From the NCBI RefSeq assembly GCF_006345805.1, contig NW_021823704.1, forward strand, positions 1 through 22,740: a stretch of 22,740 nt of DNA, given 5' to 3'. Below are positions 1 to 7,334 of this stretch, piece after piece (the first letter of the stretch is position 1; each line of letters opens with the position of its first letter). This stretch comes from Octopus sinensis (Eukaryota). Position numbers and translations under genes: made by a program. The notes under the pieces were generated by a model. That model saw nothing but the letters and a program-made list of their open reading frames with translations. It made no database searches and was not told the origin of the DNA.

Positions 1-242
1 CCCTGTTGTACTCTTTCGCTCCAACATTCTCTCATTCTTTCTTCCTGTTTCTTGTCCCCGACTTCCTACGCAACCGCTGAGCCTGGATGCGCATTCATCC
101 ATCCGTCGATGCTCTCGGTGTCGGGGGTTGACCTGCTTTCTCTTCTGCGGGTCTTACGAATAGCAAAGGATCACGTTTCGGACTTCTCCCAATAAAGGGA
201 CGAAGACCGCTTCGCTCTACAAACAAACAAACAAACAAACAT
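1..242 (+). mobile_element. SINE family C, 3' half (continues from before the window), ending in a (CAAA)n tail
   Basis: Bases 1-35 (ccctgttgtactctttcgc...aacattctctca) match 10441-10475, which lies in a copy with a tRNA-like head at 10295. (CAAA)n runs at about 218-242. Confidence 0.75.
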
Positions 243-269
243 CAATAACAGGGTGAAAGAAACATATGC

Positions 270-478
270 ATACAAATATATACATACATATATATGTGTG
301 TGCGTGTGTGTGTATGTGTGTGTACGATGGGCTTCTTTCAGAATCCGTCAACCAGATCCACTGGCAAGGTTTTGGTCCGCTCAAGGCTATTGTAAAAGAC
401 ACCTGCCTAATGTGTCACGAAGTGGGGCTGAACCCAAAACTATGAGGTTGGGAGGCAAATCCCTTACATGCCTGCTGT
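270..478 (-). mobile_element. SINE family A, diverged 5' half with internal CA/TA microsatellite
   Basis: gggcttctttcag...aaggttttggtc...gacacctgcctaatgtgtcacgaagtggggctgaaccc is a decayed match to the intact copies at 2317-2717 and 4082-4798. Confidence 0.8.
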
Positions 479-483
479 ATTAT

Positions 484-597
484 GAATATATATTATGAAT
501 ATATATATGTGTGTGTATGTGTTTGTGTGTCTATGTACGTGTGCGTGTGTGTGTTTGTGTGTGTGTATACGTGTGTGTGTGTGCATGTGTGTGTGTT
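484..597. repeat. (TA)n/(GT)n microsatellite
   Basis: Directly visible dinucleotide runs. Confidence 0.95.
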
Positions 598-847
598 CCT
601 TCTCGAGCCTAGCCAGGCTCATAAGGGCCCGGTTTCCCGGTTTCAGTGGCGTAGAAATTCCGCCCCCTCCTTGGACGGGACGCCAGTCCGTCGCATCGTT
701 ACTCATTTTTGCCAGCTGAGTGGACTGAGGCAACGTGAAATGAAGTGTTTTGCTCAAGAACACAACGCATCGCCCGGTCCAGGAATCGAAACCACAACCT
801 TACGATCATGAGTTCAACACCCTAACCACTAAGCCACGTGCCTCCAC
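598..847 (-). mobile_element. SINE family B, full length, tRNA-derived head
   Basis: Reverse complement starts gtggaggcacgtggcttagtggttag (A-box-like) and has ggtttcgattcc (B-box-like). It aligns along its length with the plus-strand copy at 10521-10778. Confidence 0.85.
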
Positions 848-869
848 TGTCTTCATCTCTGTCTTTACA

Positions 870-1300
870 TTGACAACTCTTTAAAAGCAATGCTTTGTGT
901 TTACGCTCCATAACTTAGCGGCGCGTCAAACACATATCGATAAGATAAGTAGCACACTTAAAAACCAATTCCAGGATCGATATGAACAACTAATACCCAT
1001 TTCTTTACTGCCCACAAGGGGCTAAACACAGAGGGGACAAACAAGGACAGACATAGGTATTAAGTCGATTACATCGACCCCAGTGCGTAACTGGTACTTA
1101 ATTTATCGACCCCGAAAGGATGAAAGGCAAAGTCGACTTCGGCGAATTTTGAACTCAGAACGTAGCGCAGACGAAATACCGCTAGGCATTTCGCCCGGGG
1201 TGCTAACGTTTCTGCCAGCTCGCCGCCTTATGAACAACTAATACCCGTCAAGGGTACAACCTTTACGGAAGCAGTCTAAGGAATGGAACAAGTAAAAAAA
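870..1300 (+). mobile_element. Old SINE family A 3' half, interrupted by a family D SINE
   Basis: 870-981 (ttgacaac...gtgtttacg...taacttagcgg...cgataagataagta...ggatcgat) and 1247-1300 (gcagtctaa...gaacaagtaaaa) match consecutive parts of the family A 3' region on either side of the insert. Confidence 0.6.
999..1228 (-). mobile_element. SINE family D, full length, with perfect 18-bp target-site duplication
   Basis: tatgaacaactaataccc occurs at 981-998 and 1229-1246. The reverse complement starts aggcggcgagctggcagaaacgttagc, has a gagttcaaa B-box-like motif, and ends gggcagtaaagaaat. Confidence 0.92.
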
Positions 1301-1487
1301 AATAAATAGAGATTTATAAATAAATACACAACAAATCGATATTTTTAGTAAATTGATAATTTTATATAATCGATATTTTCATAAAACCGATAGATTTAAG
1401 CAATAGATAGTTCTATATCATTGTTACTTTTACGTAATCGATATTTTTATGTAATCAGTGCTTTATGTAATCGATATCATTATACTA

Positions 1488-1550
1488 GAGTTCAAATCCT
1501 ATAGAAGTCGAATTTGTTTTACATCCCATCGGATCAATCAGAACCAGTAC
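1488..1550 (+). mobile_element. Very decayed family D-like SINE core fragment
   Basis: gagttcaaatcc...gaagtcgaatttg...ttacatcc...accag resembles the reverse complement of 1095-1160. Confidence 0.4.
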
Positions 1551-1765
1551 AAATCGAACACTCAGGACAATTTTATCGATTGTTTTTTCTCCCAAAATAT
1601 GTGGATTTGTGTCTATGTTTAAAAAAATCGATATTTTGTAAAATAATCATTATTTTAAATATCGATCATTTTAATTGATTTCTAAAATACCTTTTCACAT
1701 CTCTTGCTATAATATGTTTTGTTTCTTTGTTTCATAATTTTTTTGTATTTTTTTTATTTGTAACA

Positions 1766-1769
1766 TTAT

Positions 1770-1814
<45 letters not shown>

Positions 1815-1835
1815 ATATATATATATATATATATA
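1766..1835. repeat. (TA)n microsatellite
   Basis: Directly visible. Confidence 0.95.
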
Positions 1836-2316
1836 TTTGTACTGTTCAGTCAGATTTAAGACATAATCACTGCCTTTGGATCACATAATGTTACTATTAT
1901 TATCGAACAGACTGACAAAGACGCTCTTAAGATAAAAACATTATCAGTGACCTTCAATCCAATTAAGATATTATTACGGATTGAAAGTCTTAAGCAATGA
2001 AGTGTACAAACATAAACTTGTTAACAATTCTAATACGCTTCAGATATATTCGAACACGTTAGAAAGCGTTCACCGCGTTTCGTCAGGGATCGATCTGGAC
2101 AGGGATGCTTTGAACTGACTTGGCGTGTGTACTCCTATTTGTCTCCATCACAAAATACGGCGGGAGGCTTTCTTACGGGTTCAAGCATGTTTGAACTGGT
2201 TACAAGTTTATATTTGTGCACATTACTGCTTATCCTGTACCTGTGGGTGGCGACATTCACCCTGTGCGGGCTGAGTCGGATTCTTCTACACATGGAAGAA
2301 GTTTCGTGGGAATATA

Positions 2317-2717
2317 CTCTTTACTCTTTAACTTGTTTCAGTCATTTGACTGCGGCCATGCTGGAGCACCGCATTTAGTTGAGCAAATTGACCCCGGGAC
2401 TTATTCTTTGTAAGCCCAGTACTTATTCTATCGGTCTCTTTTGCCGAACCACTAAGTGACGGGGACGTAAACACACCAGCATCGGTTGTCAAGCAATGCT
2501 AGGGGGACAACACAGATACACAAACACACAACACATATATATATAATACATATATACGACAGGCTTCTTTCAGTTTCCGTCTACCAAATCCACTCACAAG
2601 CATTGGTCGGCCGGGGCTATAGCAGAAGACACTTGCCCAAGGTGCCACGCAGTGGGACTGAACCCGGAACCATGTGGTTGGTTAGCAAGCTACTTACCAC
2701 ACAGCCACTCCTGCGCC
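2317..2717 (-). mobile_element. SINE family A, full length (tRNA head, ccttgggcaagt box, internal TA/CA tract, (GTAAAAGA)-like tail)
   Basis: Reverse complement starts ggcgcaggagtggctgtgtggtaag (A-box-like) and has ggttcagtccc (B-box-like). Several homologous copies occur in the window. Confidence 0.92.
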
Positions 2718-2719
2718 TA

Positions 2720-3015
2720 TGTGGATTTTACAAGCGGTCCCCAACAATCCCGCATGTGGAGACATCCTGTTTGCCGCAGATTGTCCGCAGACGCAGGGAC
2801 AGAAAGACCGAGGAGCCGCCGGTTGCCGAAACAGACACTCCGAGGATTTTCACCAGAGCCCCGTCTGCCGGGTTGTGGCCCTAATACCACTCGGTATCAG
2901 ACCAATCCGCCTTGGGTGGCCCTACCAGGAACCGAAGTTCCCGACGGCATAGCTCTGACACTACCCGTAGCCAGCGTCCCCACCACGGTGAGGAGGGGAT
3001 GAACTTTGGGGACGC
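2720..3015 (-). mobile_element. Probable 5' UTR of an RTE-clade non-LTR retrotransposon (no recognisable ORF retained)
   Basis: GC-rich segment whose reverse complement has gagctatgccg...ttcctggtagggccacccaaggc...ttggtc. I recall this pattern from RTE/Expander-type 5' UTRs; not verified by search. Confidence 0.55.
2951..3015 (-). ncRNA. Candidate HDV-like ribozyme fold, probably degenerate
   Basis: Reverse complement in order: P1 GCGTCCCC, P2 AGTTC, P3 ATC, C-rich L3, P3' GGT, P1' GGGGACGC, TGG (P1.1), P4 hairpin CTACGGGTAG, TGTCA, P2' GAGCT. L3 is long and J4/2 is not the canonical CNRA. Confidence 0.45.
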
Positions 3016-3156
3016 ACGTCACTGCTTGGCACCTCTAATCCGCATTTTGCTACGGCCGAAACGCCGATTAACGCAATCAGCCACAGTACATTGTTTGGAG
3101 TATAATAAGAAAGTTTTGGTCCTTTTGCTAGCTCAGAGTGCCTTCCTTTCAGCTGT

Positions 3157-3202
3157 TTGATGCTGAAGAGAAGGTAATTGCTCCGAAATGCAAGCACATC
3201 AA
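3157..3202 (+). ncRNA. Degenerate hammerhead-like motif, possibly from a PLE terminal-repeat remnant
   Basis: TTGATG-CTGAAGA-GAAG/gtaattg/CTCC-GAAA-tgcaagca-CATCAA: 6-bp stem I and intact core, but one stem II mismatch and no clear NUH. Confidence 0.35.
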
Positions 3203-3278
3203 TCTCGGTAGAGGGCACTCGGATCTGACTTGATGTATTTATACCTTTTTCGCATCTGACGCAAGTAACACTTTATGT

Positions 3279-3442
3279 GCAGGCGTGGCTATGTGGTTAC
3301 AAGCTTGCTTCCTAACATGGATTCGAGATCAGTTCCACGGTGTGGCACCTTGGGCATGTGTCCTCTACTTTAGCCTCGGACCGACCCAAGGCCTTGTGAG
3401 TGGATTTGGTGCATGGAAACTAAAGAAGTCCGTCGTGTATAT
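3279..3442 (+). mobile_element. SINE family A, diverged 5' part
   Basis: gcaggcgtggctatgtggtta...gtggcaccttgggca...ggccttgtgagtggatttggt...aagaagtccgtcgt. Confidence 0.85.
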
Positions 3443-3445
3443 TTT

Positions 3446-3651
3446 GTCCACCCTTTCGTCTCTTCTCCCTTTGTTCTTATTTGGTCATTTTGTATAATAT
3501 GTCCGCATAATTTTCAGCATAATTCGTCCGCCCTTTCGTCTCTTCTCCTTTGTTCTTATTTGGTCATTTTGTATAATATATCCGCATAATTTTCAGCATA
3601 ATTCGTCCGCCCTTTCGTCTGTTCTCACTTTGTCCTTATTGGTTCATTTTG
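3446..3651. repeat. Tandem repeat of about 80 bp, about 2.6 copies
   Basis: Units starting gtcc(a/g)ccctttcgtc begin at 3446, 3526 and 3605. Confidence 0.9.
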
Positions 3652-3729
3652 CAGTGTCCCCAAAAGACTCAGCCAGGACACAGTCCAAAACCAAAACCAA
3701 ACAACAAACACTCACTCTCCTTGTCAAGA

Positions 3730-3859
3730 ATGGATGGTACTCCTGTTAAAAGCGGTTGCAGCCCCACATCATCATCTGGCATGCAAACGGAAGGTGCCAG
3801 CGCCGGAAGTGACTTAGTCAACAGGCTAATGAATGGACTACAAGAAATGGGAATTGAAG
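3730..3859 (+). CDS. Candidate first coding exon of an unidentified gene (MDGTPVKSGCSPTSSSGMQTEGASAGSDLVNRLMNGLQEMGIE, phase-1 donor)
   Basis: Acceptor-like cattttgcag ends at 3654. ATG has A at -3 and G at +4. Sequence is non-repetitive and balanced in composition, followed by GAAG|GTAAAA and then T-rich intron-like sequence. No homology recognised. Confidence 0.4.
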
Positions 3860-4081
3860 GTAAAACAGAAAGAAATTTGTTTTTCTTTTTGCCAGATTTG
3901 TTGTTGCTGTTGCTGTTGTTGTTCTTCTTTTTCATTATTTTTATTTGTGGAATATTTTGAAAAATCTGCATCTGCTCATTTCTCTCTGCAAGAATTGTTC
4001 CTTGTTTACATCGTAAGAATTATCTGGTAAGAGAAAAAGCTTCTAAATTCGATGAAGACCTTCGAAACGATTGCTTTGGTA

Positions 4082-4798
4082 CTCTTTTACTTGTTTCAGT
4101 CATTTTGACTATGGCCATGCTGGAGCACCACCTTTTAGTCGAGCGAATCGGCCCCCAGGACTTAATTCTTTGTGTAAGCATAGTACTTATTCTAATCGGT
4201 CCCTTTTGCCGTGCCGCTAAGTTACGAGGACGTAAACACATCAGCATCGGTTGTCAAGCGATGTTGGGGGGACAAACACAGACACACAAACACATACACA
4301 CACACATATATATATACATATATACGACGGGCTTCTTTCAGTTTCCGTCTACCAAATCCAATCACAAGGCTTTGGTCATTTGACTGTGGCCATGCTGGAG
4401 CACAACCTTTTAGTCGAGCGAATCGACCCCAGGACTTATTCTTTGTATGCATAGTACTTATTCTATCGGTCCCTTTTGCCGAGCCGCTAAGTTACGGGGA
4501 CGTAAACACATCAGCATCGGTTGTCAAGCGATGTTGGGGGGACAAACACAGACACACAAACACATACACACACACATATATATATACATATATACGACGG
4601 GCTTCTACACACACATATATATATATACATATATACGACGGGCTTCTTTCAGTTTCCGTCTACCAAATCCAATCACAAGGCTTTGGTCGGCCCGAGGCTA
4701 TAGTAGAAGACACTTGCCCAAGGTGCCACGCAGTGGGACTGAACCCGGAACCATGTGGTTGGTAAGCAAGCTACTTACCACACAGCCACTCCTACGCC
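4082..4798 (-). mobile_element. SINE family A, full length, with internal tandem duplication (4102-4377 / 4378-4688) and nested ~40-bp duplication (4607-4647)
   Basis: Two consecutive near-identical body segments joined at GTC microhomology, with one head and one tail. Confidence 0.9.
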
Positions 4799-4978
4799 TA
4801 TAGAGAACGTCTGTCGTGCTTACACGCGATATAGACTCAAGTCTCACAGGCAACCTTTGACCTTTCCATCCAGTGGAATTTTTTAGCCCAATATTTACAT
4901 AATGATATAGATTTATCTGCTCCACGTTCCTCTATTAAAAACGATTTCTTCCATGTCTCTCTTCCGACGTGAACAATC

Positions 4979-5033
4979 GGTGCCCCAGCATGGCCGCAGT
5001 CTAATGACAGAAAGAAGTAAAAGATAAAAGATA
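4979..5033 (+). mobile_element. SINE family A 3' tail fragment
   Basis: ggtgccccagcatggccgcagtctaatgacagaaagaagtaaaagataaaaga. Confidence 0.8.
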
Positions 5034-5082
5034 CAGGTTTGGTGAGGCCAACGAGAAAAATAGAACTCAAAACATGTTTGTG

Positions 5083-5095
5083 TGTATATATATAT

Positions 5096-5128
<33 letters not shown>

Positions 5129-5157
5129 CAGTAGTATAGTAGTAGTAGTAGTAGTAT
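5083..5157. repeat. (TA)n plus (GTA)n microsatellites
   Basis: Directly visible. Confidence 0.9.
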
Positions 5158-5182
5158 TGAGTCAGAAGGCATATTTCTAAAA

Positions 5183-5433
5183 ATATAAAAGTGTATAGAA
5201 TCTTTCTTTCTATACACAAAAAGGAGACATTTGACAGGACTCTTCACATGCTAAAAAGGCCAGTTGAAACCTAAACTACGAAAAGAAGAATCAACTAATT
5301 CACTTTTTTTTTTTTTTTCGTTCTAGTGTTATAATCGGCGTGCCTCATAAATTCTTTTCGTGGCGAAGGTTTAAACTGGCCTTTTTAGCATGCAAGAAGT
5401 CCTGTCAAAGGTCTTTGTGTATACACTTTATAT
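5183..5433. mobile_element. MITE-like foldback element with ~75-bp imperfect inverted arms
   Basis: Left arm 5211-5287 (tatacacaaa...tttgacaggact...catgctaaaaaggccagtt.aaacct...acgaaaagaa) is the near reverse complement of right arm 5352-5423. Outer aaagtgtata/tatacacttt also match. No ORF. Confidence 0.75.
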
Positions 5434-5458
5434 ATATATATATATATATAATTATATA

Positions 5459-5500
<42 letters not shown>
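5428..5500. repeat. (TA)n microsatellite
   Basis: Directly visible. Confidence 0.95.
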
Positions 5501-5732
5501 TACATAAATTTAGATTCAAGATGAAATGTACATAAAGCACCAGAATTTTGTATGGTATTATCCATATAAATCAAACGGTGGGATTATAATCGAAATAAGA
5601 AACAAGGATATCCAAGGTAGTGTAGTACAATCGTTCCATGCTACTTCATTTTATTAAATACTGTAAGTATTACATCAGTTTTAAAATGTAGAGCAATCTT
5701 CAGCCACATATAGATTTTTTTAATTAAATGGA

Positions 5733-5766
<34 letters not shown>

Positions 5767-5887
5767 GACCTCGAACACAAGTGCAAACAAGGGCGACAGA
5801 GAAAGGCAGAATGCCACTTATATTTGAACACTATACAAATATCCTTTAAAAAAACTTTCTTTTAATTTTTCTAATTTATTATTTAAT

Positions 5888-5935
5888 CGTTACAGTTGAA
5901 AAGGTCTCAAAATGACCGAAACCGGTACTGAAATG
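5888..5935 (+). ncRNA. Candidate minimal type I hammerhead ribozyme, U3-A8 variant, with palindromic stem III (PLE-type)
   Basis: Stem I CGTTaCAG/CTGaAATG; core TTGAAAA; stem II GGTC-tcaaaat-GACC; GAAA; ACCGGT palindrome; GUA cleavage triplet (5925-5927). Confidence 0.7.
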
Positions 5936-6142
5936 TTCTTTATAAAAATTATTTTAGCATGTTCTATCTTGACTTGTTTTTTCATATATATATATATATA
6001 TATATATATTAATAACTTCAGATTCAGATTCTGTCATACATGATAGTGTATAATTTTGTAGTCGTTATTATTTTGTTTGTTTGTCTTTTTATCTTTGTTA
6101 TCCTGTGATGTAAGATGCGATAAATGGAAATCGATAGTAAAA

Positions 6143-6215
6143 GTGTCAATACATGGGTCGATATCCAAATGGCTGGAAAATGTCAGCAGAAGGGCACCCA
6201 GGGATCAAGACCTGG
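6143..6215 (+). pseudogene. Short decayed reverse-transcriptase remnant, CR1-like (GVPQGSVLG motif region)
   Basis: Reads VSIHGSISKWLENVS and then, with frameshifts, G-x-P-QGS-x-x-G (gggcacccagggatcaagacctgg). This resembles the CR1 RT segment V.I.GS.S.W..V.SGVPQGSVLG. Confidence 0.45.
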
Positions 6216-6339
6216 ATGCGGCCTGGTCCCCTTAGGGAGTAAAAAGTTAAGTTCCGAAACACTTGCTTTTAAGTGTGGTTTTTTTCATCTCTAGGCCACT
6301 CTGCTGTTCAGCTCTTCTGAGAGTTTCTTATCACTGCAA

Positions 6340-6395
6340 GATAGTGCTCCAGCATGGACACAGTCCAAGTAGTAAAACAAAGGAGAGTTAAAGAA
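6340..6395 (+). mobile_element. Decayed SINE family A tail fragment
   Basis: agtgctccagcatggacacagtcc...aaacaaaggagagttaaaga. Confidence 0.55.
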
Positions 6396-6406
6396 TATAA
6401 TCCAGA

Positions 6407-6856
6407 GCAGGCGTGGCTCCGGGTTCAGTCCCACAGCGTAGCACCTTGGGCAAGTGTGTTCTACATTAGCCTTGACCGACCAAAGCCTTGTGAGTGGATT
6501 TGGTAAACAGAAACTGAAAGAAGCCATTCGTGTATATTTGTGTGTGTGTGTCTGTGTGTGTGTGTGTGTGTGGTGTGTGTGTGTGTGTGTTGTGTTGGGG
6601 CGGGGGTGTATGTGTGTGCATGTCTCTGTGCATACGTTTGTCCCCCACCACTACTTGACAACCGGTGTTGGTGTGTTTACGTCCCCGTATCTTAGACGTT
6701 CGGCAAAAGAGACCGGTAGAATAAGTATCAGGCTTTTACAACAACAACAAAAATGATGCGCTGAGGCCGAAGCATTCGACTAAAATTTCTTCAAGTCAGT
6801 GCCCCAGTATGGCCGCAGTATAATGGCTGGAACATGTAAAAGATGAAAAATGAAAG
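6407..6856 (+). mobile_element. SINE family A, diverged, with deletion in the tRNA head and expanded (GT)n
   Basis: gcaggcgtggct joins directly to ccgggttcagtccc. Body and tail are present through gtgccccagtatggccgcag...gtaaaagatgaaaa. Confidence 0.85.
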
Positions 6857-7334
6857 AAATTTATCAAACATGACGGAAAAACAGAATCTGAAGTCAGATT
6901 GATTGCGATGGAGATTCGAACCTGCATCGACCTGGGAACCAGTTGTTCATTAATGTATCCACTTACTGCTGTTTAGTACAAATAATGTCGGTGAGGGAGA
7001 GGTGGGGGCTGGTGAATAATGCGAAGTGTCCATCTACAATTCAAATGTAAATATGTACACGCTAAATACTGGAAGTTTTGTGATTTTTCATTGGGTAGAG
7101 GAGGCCATCTTGGATAAAGAAACGAATGGGACAGAAAAAGTGGTGGGGGGCTGGAAGAGAGAGCGAGAGACTAGAGAGAAAGAGGAGAGGAGGGAGGAAT
7201 GGAGAGGGAGAGAGAGAGAAGTGTTGGGGTGGAGGGAGGGAAGGAAGGGGGACGGGAACTATAAATAAAAAATACAGGTGGTTCGCAGGTGCGGTGGGTC
7301 GAGTGTTGGACGCATTAGCAGATTCAACATTTGC

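Noticed and set aside
2050-2095. Minus-strand CTGACGA followed by a possible stem and CGAAT
   Set aside because: No GAAA at the required position and no convincing stem I or III; not a hammerhead.
3860-3992. Splicing the candidate exon to AG at 3895 or 3992
   Set aside because: 3895 gives a 36-nt intron, which is too short; 3992 gives a stop after 12 codons.
4046-4070. tcgatgaagaccttcgaaacg as a hammerhead
   Set aside because: The hairpin overlaps the would-be core and position 4 is not U.
4211-4803. ORFs of 118-184 aa over the SINE (and similar ORFs over other family A copies)
   Set aside because: They lie inside a tRNA-derived SINE; the length comes from the internal duplication.
6900-6945. 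tRNA gene suggested by minus-strand GGTTCGAATC
   Set aside because: Only a B-box-like motif, with no cloverleaf or A box; at most a decayed SINE head.
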